From a virus (lineage: Duplodnaviria > Caudoviricetes), in the IMG/VR virus record IMGVR_UViG_3300042542_005195, positions 1 through 58,796 of that record: 58,796 nt of DNA, one strand, 5' to 3'. Made by a program: the position numbers and the translations under genes. The notes beneath the pieces are model-generated. The model worked only from the letters and a program-made list of their open reading frames with translations. It searched no databases and was not told where the DNA came from. Of this stretch, positions 19,901 through 30,059 are shown piece after piece. Each line of letters starts with the position of its first letter. The first letter of the stretch is position 1.

Positions 19901-21807
19901 TGGCGGATTTAAACAAGGGGTATGGTGAGGCAAACAAAAAGATTAGCGGGTTCCAAACCTTTAAACAATCTAAATCAGACATAAAATCAATAACTTCAAA
20001 ATTAGGTGATTCTGACTCACCTGCCGATTCCGATATTGCCAATCCACTTAACAAACTGGAGGAGCAAAAAAATAGAGCTCAAAAAGCAGTACAAGACCAA
20101 ATTTCACAACTTTTGGGTGTTTTGAAACAGTTCAGTGGTCAAGGTTTGGCCACTACAAAAGTATTCAAAAGAATAATGGTTAAAACTGTAAAAAAAATAA
20201 GACCTGAAGTTGATGAGTTAGTTATTAATGAAATTATAAAATTATTAGGTTGTTCTCAACAACAATCATTCGAAGGTGACCAAGATTTTTATATAAAAGT
20301 AAGAACAGCCGATTTTAAAAACCTATTTCAAGTAGACCCCGAGTCCAATGTAGGTAAAACAAAATACGAAAAAAATAAAGATTTAGATAGTTTTGGACCT
20401 AAATACCCGTTAAACAGACAACTTTATAAAAGAATACAAGAAGAGGGTATTCCATATACCTTCAAAGGGGCATCTGAACAAGAGTTATTTGATATTAGTT
20501 ATGTACAACAAGACGAAAACGGAACACCTGGTGATTTTTTTAAGGTTTCTTTAAAGAATAGACAAACTGTACCGAATAAAGTTGTCGAATTCTTGAGAGA
20601 CTATTATAAAAGAGTTTCACTATTTGATTTCTCAATAATAATGGGTGAGTTAATGAATAATCTAACAGGTGCCGTGTCAATACAAGGAGGCGCGGGTGTA
20701 AGTACAACTAAAGATAATTCAAAATTTGGAAGAATCTTAGCAAGAATATTGGGTATGTGTTTTGACAATAGACGAGAGATTGATGTAAGTGGTGTTGCTA
20801 AAGTTGGGGAATTAGATAATTTGGATGATGATTTTTTTGAATTTACTGATTTGGATTTGATGTCTATTGACCAAGAAGTTACAAACATACAGAACAGTGC
20901 GGTTGAGATTGAGGGTTGTGATAATATCAAATTTCCTGTAAATTCTTTTGAAATTTTACAAGCAATCGATGATATAAATTTTGTTGATGAGAATGACGAT
21001 GAGGCTTTACTTGCGGCACTTGATAATGTGATTAATTCATTTACGAATAGTCAAGCAGGAATAGGTATTGGTGTTGATATAAATCTTTCACTACAATTCA
21101 ACTTCGGATTTGTGTCTAAATTTCCACTTTCATTTATTTCATCAATTTTTTCCCCTAAAGTATTTTTGGGGTTATTAATAATGTTAAAAGCCCTTGGAAA
21201 ATTTACAATATCCAATGAGGTCGAATCTATGGTCGATTTTACAAAAAAATATAAATCATTAGTTGTTGGATTGGCCTCTAAAATTGGAGGATTGTTTGTG
21301 AGAGAACTTTTTAAATACATAAAAAAAGACATTGTAATTTTATTGAAATCTATTTCAAAAGATGTTGCAACAGAACTTAAGGACAAACAAACCGCTATGT
21401 ACATTGCATTAGCCGCGTATCTGATTCAAATTATACAGATAATACAAGATTGGAGGCAATGTAAGTCAGTTTTGGACCAATTACTAGGTTTGTTGCAAAT
21501 ACCCGGATTACCAGGCCCTAATCAAATCGTTCCGCCACCACTCTTATTTTTCACACCTCAATTAAAAGGGTATTCTGCTGAACGTTCATACTTAGAATAT
21601 ATAAAAGAACTCCAAAAACTTGGGTTACCAACGGGACCACTACCTGACGGTAGTCCGAACTTGGGGTTGATTGGGGATTACGCCCTTTTGAAGGGTCAAT
21701 CAAGTGAGTTATTTGCAAACGGTAAAACTGAATTTGTGATACCGGCCTTAGGAGTTACCCCAGCTGGTGTAACCTCACCAATTAATTGGTCAGGAAAATT
21801 CGTTTAA
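19900..21807 (+). CDS. Putative virion/baseplate protein
   Basis: 635-aa ORF in an operon with the spike gene. Function inferred from context only. Confidence 0.5.
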   Translation: MADLNKGYGEANKKISGFQTFKQSKSDIKSITSKLGDSDSPADSDIANPLNKLEEQKNRAQKAVQDQISQLLGVLKQFSGQGLATTKVFKRIMVKTVKKIRPEVDELVINEIIKLLGCSQQQSFEGDQDFYIKVRTADFKNLFQVDPESNVGKTKYEKNKDLDSFGPKYPLNRQLYKRIQEEGIPYTFKGASEQELFDISYVQQDENGTPGDFFKVSLKNRQTVPNKVVEFLRDYYKRVSLFDFSIIMGELMNNLTGAVSIQGGAGVSTTKDNSKFGRILARILGMCFDNRREIDVSGVAKVGELDNLDDDFFEFTDLDLMSIDQEVTNIQNSAVEIEGCDNIKFPVNSFEILQAIDDINFVDENDDEALLAALDNVINSFTNSQAGIGIGVDINLSLQFNFGFVSKFPLSFISSIFSPKVFLGLLIMLKALGKFTISNEVESMVDFTKKYKSLVVGLASKIGGLFVRELFKYIKKDIVILLKSISKDVATELKDKQTAMYIALAAYLIQIIQIIQDWRQCKSVLDQLLGLLQIPGLPGPNQIVPPPLLFFTPQLKGYSAERSYLEYIKELQKLGLPTGPLPDGSPNLGLIGDYALLKGQSSELFANGKTEFVIPALGVTPAGVTSPINWSGKFV

Positions 21808-21810
21808 ATT

Positions 21811-22017
21811 ATGGACTTAGAAGAATTAAAAAAAATTGTTAATGAGTATGAGTCAAGACCTAATAGAGATTTGATTAAGGTTATGGACCATATCAATGAA
21901 GAATTTGAGAAAACAAAAAAGAATTTATTAACCATGACATATTATTTAGATAATTTAGAATCTACCTATAATAAAATTCTAAAGGAATATCAAAAAAGGA
22001 AAAATGGAGCAAATTAG
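21811..22017 (+). CDS. Hypothetical protein
   Basis: Helical 68-aa ORF overlapping the next start. Confidence 0.7.
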   Translation: MDLEELKKIVNEYESRPNRDLIKVMDHINEEFEKTKKNLLTMTYYLDNLESTYNKILKEYQKRKNGAN

Positions 22018-23590
22018 TAAAATAATATTTCAAGGATACGTTGTTGACGCTGATGACCCTTTAAGATTAGGAAGATTACGAGTAGTACCTGAATCTGAAA
22101 ATCTTGATGATATAAAATCAAATATACCACCCGAATGTAAAGATGACGGTGATATAGAAACAGGTCTAAAGAAAAAATGCAAATGGACTAAAGACGACCC
22201 ATATGTAATCTTACCTTTATTACCATTTACCATCAACATAACACCTAAAAATGGTGAATTAGTCCATATTATATACCCAGTAGTTCAGGATGCTAATTCA
22301 CAATCAAGAAAATTTGCCGATAGAGCCAGATTTTATTTGCCTGCAACCCCATCAACACCTCTGTCTGTTTCTTATGAAAACAAAACCGCATCAAAAACTA
22401 ATTTAGCATATGGTGATAATTTTAAACAACAAAAAGGGTTGAAAGAAGTTGATGGTCGTATTCAAGAAAACACATTTGGTGTTTTTCCTGAACCAGAGGA
22501 TAATTCATTATTAGGTCGTGGTAGTGCGGATTTGATTTTAAAAGAAGATACTGCACTATTAAGAGCGGGTAAATCCAAGAATATCGTAGGACCATCCACT
22601 AAGTTACCAACTTCAAATGAAAAAAGAGCTTTTTTACAACTTACAGATTTTACAACTAATCAAAGTAAACAACAAAAAGTTTCATCATTACAAATAACAC
22701 AAAATTATAATCAATTAATTTTACTTATTGAGTGGCATATATTAAATCCAGAAAATGAATTTGGTGTTTTTTCAGGGTACATTAATTTATACAATGTTCA
22801 AAGAAATGTTGTTGATAAACTTAATACGAGAAATTTCAGAGTAGATACGGATGTTGAATCCTTAAAGGGGTCTCCATTACCTGTTAGTATTAACTTTATT
22901 GGTAAATCATTTGATGAAGTTTTAAATATATTTAACTCATTTATAAACGGATTAAATGAGGGTAAAATTTTTGTTTCAGGATATACACAAACCGCATTTG
23001 TACCTTCACAGGGTAAACAATTTCCGTTTGCGTTTAGACCTTCCCCCGCAACCTATAAAAAAATGATTTCACAAGGCCCAAATCCTTTGGCCGAAGTATT
23101 TGAAACCGCAAATCTAACTAGATTTTATCAAAACATAGGTTTAAACAGGGGTAGTAAAGATAGAGGTTTTGGTATTATAACACAAAAAAATTCGTCATCA
23201 CCGCCAACATCAATTAAAACACCATCTTATAAACCTGTTGCATCAAAAGAAGATGGAATTTCATATGGTATGTTAGGTGCCCAAAAAATTTATATTTATT
23301 CACACGACAGTCAAGTGGGTGTAAAAAAACCATCTTTACGAAATACCATTTATGGTATTAATCAACCCAAGTTTTTGGAATTGGAAGACAGTACAGAACC
23401 GATGGTTAGAGGTCAAAAACTAATGGATTTAATAAATTTGGTAGTAAAATATTTGATAGCCCACGTACATCCTTATCACGGAATACCACCCGTTCCTGTT
23501 GCATCAGACGGAACACAAGCAGGAGAAATTTTACAAAAAATGTTGGATGCTCCAAATACAATATTAAACGAGAACATTAGAATTAACTAA
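22004..23590 (+). CDS. Baseplate hub/central spike (gp5/VgrG OB-fold-like)
   Basis: N-terminal G.VVD.DDPLRLGRLRV and P..GE.V; C-terminal HxH (HVH) as in spike tips. Confidence 0.7.
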   Translation: MEQISKIIFQGYVVDADDPLRLGRLRVVPESENLDDIKSNIPPECKDDGDIETGLKKKCKWTKDDPYVILPLLPFTINITPKNGELVHIIYPVVQDANSQSRKFADRARFYLPATPSTPLSVSYENKTASKTNLAYGDNFKQQKGLKEVDGRIQENTFGVFPEPEDNSLLGRGSADLILKEDTALLRAGKSKNIVGPSTKLPTSNEKRAFLQLTDFTTNQSKQQKVSSLQITQNYNQLILLIEWHILNPENEFGVFSGYINLYNVQRNVVDKLNTRNFRVDTDVESLKGSPLPVSINFIGKSFDEVLNIFNSFINGLNEGKIFVSGYTQTAFVPSQGKQFPFAFRPSPATYKKMISQGPNPLAEVFETANLTRFYQNIGLNRGSKDRGFGIITQKNSSSPPTSIKTPSYKPVASKEDGISYGMLGAQKIYIYSHDSQVGVKKPSLRNTIYGINQPKFLELEDSTEPMVRGQKLMDLINLVVKYLIAHVHPYHGIPPVPVASDGTQAGEILQKMLDAPNTILNENIRIN

Positions 23591-23625
23591 TTTGTTTTTA
23601 TTGATATTTATAGAAAAACAAAAAA

Positions 23626-25119
23626 ATGTCTATAAATAATTCATATTTCAGTAGAAATAATACCATATTATCTAACGTTTATACAAACACAGGAAAAGCC
23701 CCTGTGACACAATTATATTTTGGAAATATAAATCCTGAAAATCCAATACCTGTTTATTCTAGATTTATTTTTAATTTAGACTTATCTTTATTGGAAGAAA
23801 AAATCTCAAACGGTATAATCCAAACAGGTTGCACATCATCAATGACTCACACATTGATTATGACTAACACGGCCTTTTCTTCTCCTGATTTGTTAAAAGC
23901 GAACAGATTTGGTGATACCATAACAAGAGGTGCAGGATTTGATTTGATATTATTTAGAATACCGTTAACATCAGGAGCGACAGGTATGGAACAAACTTGG
24001 GATGAGGGATTAGCGTCGGTTTATGATTTAGGAATACAAATTAATGACACGGAATCTTTGTTTTCACGAGAAAATTATTCTACAGAACCATCAAATTGGT
24101 TTAAAAGGAAAATTACAGATGATTGGACAAACCCTGGATTATATAATAACGAAAACTCTCTGACAGGTTTAACAGGGCTTAATTATTCTGCTCTCACAAT
24201 TATTGCTGAACAACATTTTGAATTTGGAAATGAAAACATTTCATTTGATATGACAAATGAAATAAATGGAATTCTAAATGGTACAATTACTGGCGTTACA
24301 GGTTGGGGTGTTGCATTTAAACCATCGATTGAATTATTAACAGGGTTAACTTCGTATTATTCAGTTGGATTTTTTACTCGTCATACTCAAACTTTTTACG
24401 AACCTTATTTATTAACGGATTATGATGATTTAATTCAAGATGATAGGGATTTATTCTCATTGGGAAGAGCAAACAAACTTTATTTATATGTTTATGAAGA
24501 TGGAAGTCCAATTAATTTGGATTCTAACCCATATGTTAATATTATAGACAGTACAGGAGAACCAATATCAGGATTGACATCATTAACTACTTGTAGAAAA
24601 ACAAAAGGGGTTTATGAAGTTATTATACCAGCCTTATTAGGATATAAAGCCCCTTGTACATTTAATGACGTGTGGACAGGAATTACTCTAAATGGAATTA
24701 CACTACCAAACATAGAAAATGAATTAATTGTAAGACCTTATTCATCGTCAATTTCAATTGGTACCTCAACAAACGACCCATCTGTTTATGGTTTTGATTA
24801 TTATGGTATAAGACAAGATGAAAAAATTCTAAATACTGACATTAGAAAAGTGGGTGTCATAATAAAAAAAGAATATACATCAAATCAACCTCTTAACAAA
24901 ATCAAAGCGTATTATAGGGTTTATGTTAAGGAGGGTCAAACAGAAGTTCAAGTTCAAGATTGGACACAGGTTAATAAAACTCCAAATGAATACTATTTTA
25001 TTTTTGATACAAGAGATAAAATTCCAAACGAATATTTCATAGATTTAAAGTTGAATATTAATAGTGAAGTAACAACATATAAAAAACAAATAAAATTTCA
25101 AATTGTAAATAAAAAATGA
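23626..25119 (+). CDS. Putative virion structural protein
   Basis: T/G/N-rich, beta-type composition; preceded by TATTTATA; seven [ST]GxT motifs. Confidence 0.6.
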   Translation: MSINNSYFSRNNTILSNVYTNTGKAPVTQLYFGNINPENPIPVYSRFIFNLDLSLLEEKISNGIIQTGCTSSMTHTLIMTNTAFSSPDLLKANRFGDTITRGAGFDLILFRIPLTSGATGMEQTWDEGLASVYDLGIQINDTESLFSRENYSTEPSNWFKRKITDDWTNPGLYNNENSLTGLTGLNYSALTIIAEQHFEFGNENISFDMTNEINGILNGTITGVTGWGVAFKPSIELLTGLTSYYSVGFFTRHTQTFYEPYLLTDYDDLIQDDRDLFSLGRANKLYLYVYEDGSPINLDSNPYVNIIDSTGEPISGLTSLTTCRKTKGVYEVIIPALLGYKAPCTFNDVWTGITLNGITLPNIENELIVRPYSSSISIGTSTNDPSVYGFDYYGIRQDEKILNTDIRKVGVIIKKEYTSNQPLNKIKAYYRVYVKEGQTEVQVQDWTQVNKTPNEYYFIFDTRDKIPNEYFIDLKLNINSEVTTYKKQIKFQIVNKK

Positions 25120-25622
25120 AAAAAGTGGTTAAGTTAACTGAATCCGATTTAAGTCGTATTGTTAAAAAAGTATTAAATGAATCTCACGAAGATTATTCAG
25201 ACAGATATATGTTCTTTTCAAATTTAGAACAAATGAGAAGACAATGTGATATGTTATTAGAGTTAGACAAAGATATGGTAACTGAGATATTAGATGACGG
25301 TCACGATTGGGCTCAGGACCATATATCTGAAGCCAAAAATAATATGGACCAAGTGTTTGATTTTATGATGAATCATACTAAAGGAGATGGTAAACAAGAT
25401 ATTGAGGACGCATCTTTCACAGGTATGGTGGAAGAAGGAAGAAAAAAAACAGGAACAAAATTGTGTGCGAGAGGGTACGCCGCTGCCAAGTCTAAGTTTA
25501 AGGTTTTTCCCTCGGCATATTCGAACGGTTACGGAGTACAGGTTTGTAAAGGAACAATGCCAGGTTCAGATGGTAAAAAAAGATGTTCTCCGCCTTATTG
25601 CGGGTCAAAAAAGAAAAAATAA
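25116..25622 (+). CDS. Leader-bearing putative head protein with basic Cys-containing C-terminal domain
   Basis: N-terminal MKKVVKLTESDLSRIVKKVLNE; C-terminal KFKVFPSAYSNG (DUF5872-like by recollection, unverified). Confidence 0.65.
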   Translation: MKKVVKLTESDLSRIVKKVLNESHEDYSDRYMFFSNLEQMRRQCDMLLELDKDMVTEILDDGHDWAQDHISEAKNNMDQVFDFMMNHTKGDGKQDIEDASFTGMVEEGRKKTGTKLCARGYAAAKSKFKVFPSAYSNGYGVQVCKGTMPGSDGKKRCSPPYCGSKKKK

Positions 25623-25656
25623 TTAATTTTTTTTGTATTCCCGTATATTTATATGT

Positions 25657-26148
25657 ATGGATAAACAAAAAATATGTAAAATTTGCGGCGAAACTAAATC
25701 GCCTGATGAGTTTTATCAGAGTCAAAGGGGAATGATATGTAAAATTTGTACATTGAATATTACGAGAAATTACAAAAGAGAAAAAAGAAAAAATTCTGAA
25801 TTTAAAAAATTAGAGGGTATAAAACAAAAAGAAAGAAGAGTACGTTTATGGCAAAACACATTAATACACGACTCTAAACATAGAAATTATGAACATACAT
25901 TAACAGTTCAAGATATCAATGAAATTTACGACAAACAAAATGGACTTTGTTTTTGGTTTGGCGTACCTTTAATACCTTCCGATAAACCTAAACACCCTCA
26001 GCAACCATCTATTGATAGATTAGATAGAAATAAAGGATATACTAAAGATAATATCGTACTTTGTTGTTACTCGGCTAATATTGGTAGGAATGAAAATGAT
26101 TTAGAAACATGGAAAATTTTTTTAGAAACACTTAAGAAAAACTTATAA
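25657..26148 (+). CDS. Zn-finger plus HNH-like endonuclease
   Basis: CKIC...CKIC finger, then C...G.PL...PSIDRLDRNKGYTKDNIVLCC..AN..RN (beta-beta-alpha-Me fold). Confidence 0.8.
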   Translation: MDKQKICKICGETKSPDEFYQSQRGMICKICTLNITRNYKREKRKNSEFKKLEGIKQKERRVRLWQNTLIHDSKHRNYEHTLTVQDINEIYDKQNGLCFWFGVPLIPSDKPKHPQQPSIDRLDRNKGYTKDNIVLCCYSANIGRNENDLETWKIFLETLKKNL

Positions 26149-26156
26149 AACTTTTA

Positions 26157-26164
26157 TATCTTTG
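26157..26164 (+). promoter_or_regulatory. Bacteroidota sigma-A -7 element (TATCTTTG)
   Basis: Matches TAnnTTTG, 19 nt before the ATG at 26184. Confidence 0.6.
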
Positions 26165-26183
26165 TAATCACAAAACATCCCCT

Positions 26184-26603
26184 ATGACACTTTATCAATT
26201 TGTTAAAAGAAAAATCAAACGAGTATTTCTTAGATACCACCTTTGGTTAAACAAGAGGCCATTAGACCAAAAGGTTGACCCCGATATGAACAGGTATCAG
26301 CAAACCTGTTTCCATATTGCAAGAAAACTGCTCAAACAGAGTGACACCGAATTAATATTCGCTCCAGTTTCTGAAAAGAAAATCATTATTAATGATAGAT
26401 TGGGAATTTATTTAACTCTACAACATCAACAGGCGTTTGTTACAAACCACGTATATCATTATTCTATATTAATGGATGCAAGAGTTTGGCAAAGAGTTAA
26501 TTTCTTATTTAATAACGAAATTGAGTTACGTAGAAAATCCTATGAAACGGTAATCCACTCACAAATTAATTGTTCTCTAACCGATATTCTTAAGAAGATT
26601 TAA
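26184..26603 (+). CDS. Hypothetical protein
   Basis: 139-aa ORF with an upstream promoter element. Confidence 0.75.
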   Translation: MTLYQFVKRKIKRVFLRYHLWLNKRPLDQKVDPDMNRYQQTCFHIARKLLKQSDTELIFAPVSEKKIIINDRLGIYLTLQHQQAFVTNHVYHYSILMDARVWQRVNFLFNNEIELRRKSYETVIHSQINCSLTDILKKI

Positions 26604-27286
26604 TTTCATTAAGAATATTCTTAATGATACTTCTTAAGTTTTCGTTTGTTTTTTTCTTCTTAGGTTTGTAAGAAACCATTGTTGGTTTGTTCCCCGTACC
26701 CGTCTTAGGTTCTGATTTTTCAGCACTTCTTTTTTGTTGACACGCTGACCTTTTTTGAGCATCTGTCATTTTGGATGCAACACCTGCGGCGCGACATTTT
26801 GGATAACCTTTAGAAGATGCTTCAGGTCTACCACAAGGGGGGTGTCCACCACCCTCTTTTTTTCGACAAATATTTACCCAAGGACCTTTTGGTTGTTTTG
26901 AACCTTTTGGTTTTTTCTTTGTCCCAAACCAAACCGCCAAATCCTCAGTTAATAAATCAACATCTGTATCACTTGTTATTTCAACCCATTCATTAACTTT
27001 TAATGGACCGGTCAAAATGTTTCCATCATCATCGCTTAGGGTTGGGTGTTTTTTTATAAAATATGAAACTTTTCTTGCCATTTTTTTTTTTTATTTCATT
27101 TTTTGAGGTACTCATTTCTCCATCGTAACTGTCATATGCCAACTCAGCACTATCGTATTTTGAAGTTGGTATATAAAAAGGTTGCATTTGTTGTTTGTTA
27201 AACAACCTTTCTCCTGGCACCAATGGAATGTTTGAGTATTTTCCCGATGCAGAAGTTCCAGTACCTTCATTAATTTTATTTGTCAT
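26590..27286 (-). CDS. Putative head protein split by a frameshift at an A12 tract (ORFs 27029..27286 and 26590..27081)
   Basis: Removing one A from 27081-27092 fuses both ORFs into 231 aa. The C-terminal part has EDLAVWF...WVNI...PPCGR...YPKC. Confidence 0.6.
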
Positions 27287-27336
27287 ATTAAAATAAATTT
27301 ACTATATTATATAAATATCGTACTAAATCAAAACAT

Positions 27337-27528
27337 ATGAAAAATACAGAATTTGTTTGGACAACCGAATTATCAGAGGAATTTTACAAAGTAGTTCTTG
27401 ACAATTATCATTGTGTAGATGATATTGAAAAAGAAACTGAAAATTTCATAAAGAAAAAAATTATCACAAGTAATGGAAAATACGGAACCCTTAGCGGTAC
27501 TCTTTGGGAGATTAGAAATCTCAACTGA
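27337..27528 (+). CDS. Hypothetical protein
   Basis: 63 aa with an A-rich start; overlaps the next ORF by 56 nt. Confidence 0.45.
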   Translation: MKNTEFVWTTELSEEFYKVVLDNYHCVDDIEKETENFIKKKIITSNGKYGTLSGTLWEIRNLN

Positions 27529-27685
27529 GGAACAATTAGAAACATTGTTACAATCTATGGATAATAATGTTGCGACAATATTTTTAATACATGCCGCAAA
27601 GTATGCCTATGAGAGGGGTGTTTATAATATTGGTGAAACAGAATTGTTGGCAAAATGTATTAGAATTCTTTCTAAAGAATCTTAA
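27473..27685 (+). CDS. Hypothetical protein
   Basis: 70 aa with globular-looking composition. Confidence 0.6.
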   Translation: MENTEPLAVLFGRLEISTEEQLETLLQSMDNNVATIFLIHAAKYAYERGVYNIGETELLAKCIRILSKES

Positions 27686-28065
27686 TTATTTAGACCGTTA
27701 AATCCTCCTAATGCTACAGTATTATTCTGAGCGATAGCCCTGTTTTGACCATTTGTGTAGACAGCTTGATTGAATGTACTTGAACTAAACACACCAGTAT
27801 CACAATCTTTACAATTTCTTGAAGTTACTCCTCCTGAATTAACGGGGGTTAAACATTGTGTACATGCTGTGTATGGACCAAATGCTATATAAGCTGTTGC
27901 TCCGTTAGTTGTGGTAGCACCTGATGCTGTTAATGTGAAACACACACCTGTATCTAATTGATAAATTCTATTTAGAGGATTAGCAGCAACTACTACATCA
28001 TCTGCGATGAATGTAATTACTGAACTACCTCCACATGTTGTTCCTGTCATTAATCTTAGTGCCAT
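27682..28065 (-). CDS. Small Thr/Gly/Cys-rich virion protein (possible capsid decoration)
   Basis: Directly downstream of the MCP, has its own TATTTAT motif and two CxxC pairs. Confidence 0.55.
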   Translation of the reverse strand: MALRLMTGTTCGGSSVITFIADDVVVAANPLNRIYQLDTGVCFTLTASGATTTNGATAYIAFGPYTACTQCLTPVNSGGVTSRNCKDCDTGVFSSSTFNQAVYTNGQNRAIAQNNTVALGGFNGLNN

Positions 28066-28110
28066 AATATTTACTTTATAAATAAATATCTTAATAACCT
28101 AAAAAAACAA

Positions 28111-28138
28111 AAAAAGGGACAATTTCTTGTCCCTTTTT
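28111..28138 (-). terminator. Intrinsic terminator after the major capsid gene
   Basis: AAAAAGGGACAA-4nt-TTGTCCCTTTTT, giving a GAAA loop and U-tract on the minus strand. Confidence 0.85.
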
Positions 28139-28159
28139 CGCTTTAATTATTAAAATTGA

Positions 28160-30031
28160 TTATCTCAATTCATTCAAGTCAAATGTACGAACTCCGTCAA
28201 CAGTGATACGTCCGTAGAAACGGTTGTTAACCATTTTCTTAGCGTAACGTGTCATGATACCTTTGATAGGTGTGAAGTTGAATGGATTGTACATAGTTGG
28301 AGTCAACTGTAGAGGTACGTACGGTGCGTAGATGTATCCTGTATCAAGTAATGAAGTACCTTTATGACCAATCAACACAGTGTTTGCTGGGAAGTATGGG
28401 TCACGGTAAACTTGATAACGACCTGATAGAGTACCTACTCTTTCGATACCCATGTTATATTGGTCTTGCTCAGGAGAAGCGTTTGATACGTGGAAATATT
28501 CCAAATCATCGAAAATTGCTGAAATTTCAGATGAAACAATAATCCAATTAGCACCACCACGAAGTGTTGATTTGTGGATTTGTGCAGAAATTTGATTAAT
28601 TGCAGTAATCAAAGTTTGATTCCAATCTTTCTGAGTATATGGAGTAGTTCCTGAAGACAGTCTCTTCCAACCATTGTAATCCCAACGTAGGTTCCAAGCC
28701 GCACCTTTACGTAAGTCACGTAAAATTTCACGGTCGATTTCTGCAGCAACTTGTTCAGACAATAGTGCTGTCAATTCAGCCTCAGCATCGATATTATGGA
28801 ATGCCGCAACGTCTTGTGCAAGTTCAGGTGACCATTGAGCTCTTAATTTTCTTTCAGTAACAGAAACTGTTACCGACTCAAGGTCAAAAGAAACCTCACC
28901 GATTTTATCTTCAAATTCAAGTTCTTCGTAACGTCTCCAAGCCGCTTTGATGTTAGTATTAGCAGAAGCGCCTGACCATGAAGCAGCGGTTAATGTTGCT
29001 CCTGAATAACCATCAGGTGTTGATTGACCACAAGAAACACACACAGGAACCTGAGCATCAATTTCCAAGTAGATAAATCCTTGAACGCTACATACGTTAT
29101 CAAAGTAACCTCCATTACCACCAGTTGATGATGTTCCGAAAGCCGCTTGTGTTGATGTGTATTGAGGACCGTACATTGCTTGACCATATTTCTGAGTTAC
29201 TACTCTGAAAAGAAGTGGTGTGAATGTTGATGTTCCCAAATTAGATGCTGCAGTAGCGTTGTCGGTATAAAGTACTAAATTAGACAAGAAAGATTCTGTA
29301 TCTTGTTCTTGACCATCAGGACCGATTAATTTACCAATACCCGCGGTTGAGAAACCTGAAAGTGCAACGATGATTTTTCTGAATTCAGCATTTGTACTAG
29401 TGGTGTATGCAGATGGAATTAACGCTCCGTTAGACCATGCAACTGTCGGTGTTGCCGCAGTTAATGTTACAAAACGACCTTTAGAGTAATCAAAAATACC
29501 CGCAGGATTTAAACCTGGTTCAGTACCTTCGTAGAATAAATCATAAAGATTTTTTTGGTAAGTTGAATTGTATGAACCTGTACCGGTAGCGTAACCTGAA
29601 TTTGGGTCGCCAGGGTAATTGCCAGGACCACCAACTGGAGGATAGTGGTCACCTGACACAACACCTAATGAATCTGTTACAGTTCCACCTGAGTAACCCT
29701 GAATTTTAGGTACGAAATAGAACAATTTACCGATTGGTAAGTTCATCGCCTGAACAGATACAATTTCGTTCGCTAACAATTTAGAGAATACACGTCTAAC
29801 GATAGGAAATACAACAGTTTCAAATGAACCTGATGATGAGTCAGAAGTTGCTTCGTTAATCAAATGTGACGCTTGGTTTTCATAAAGTTGTGCAACATTT
29901 TCTTTTAGGTGGCCTCTAAGACCTTCAAGGAACCCTAATCTGTCCCATTTGTTGATAGTATCTTCTTTGATAACTTTAAGGTGCTTAAGACCGATGTTAC
30001 CAACAAGACCTGATTCTAATAATGCTCCCAT
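28160..30031 (-). CDS. Major capsid protein (T4 gp23-like)
   Basis: VSVQAMNLPIG.LFY, RKLRAQWSPELAQD..AFHNIDAEAEL, EIDREI, YAPYVPL and P..GIMTRY. Confidence 0.97.
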   Translation of the reverse strand: MGALLESGLVGNIGLKHLKVIKEDTINKWDRLGFLEGLRGHLKENVAQLYENQASHLINEATSDSSSGSFETVVFPIVRRVFSKLLANEIVSVQAMNLPIGKLFYFVPKIQGYSGGTVTDSLGVVSGDHYPPVGGPGNYPGDPNSGYATGTGSYNSTYQKNLYDLFYEGTEPGLNPAGIFDYSKGRFVTLTAATPTVAWSNGALIPSAYTTSTNAEFRKIIVALSGFSTAGIGKLIGPDGQEQDTESFLSNLVLYTDNATAASNLGTSTFTPLLFRVVTQKYGQAMYGPQYTSTQAAFGTSSTGGNGGYFDNVCSVQGFIYLEIDAQVPVCVSCGQSTPDGYSGATLTAASWSGASANTNIKAAWRRYEELEFEDKIGEVSFDLESVTVSVTERKLRAQWSPELAQDVAAFHNIDAEAELTALLSEQVAAEIDREILRDLRKGAAWNLRWDYNGWKRLSSGTTPYTQKDWNQTLITAINQISAQIHKSTLRGGANWIIVSSEISAIFDDLEYFHVSNASPEQDQYNMGIERVGTLSGRYQVYRDPYFPANTVLIGHKGTSLLDTGYIYAPYVPLQLTPTMYNPFNFTPIKGIMTRYAKKMVNNRFYGRITVDGVRTFDLNELR

Positions 30032-30059
30032 TTTTATTGGATTTTTTTAAGTTTATTTT

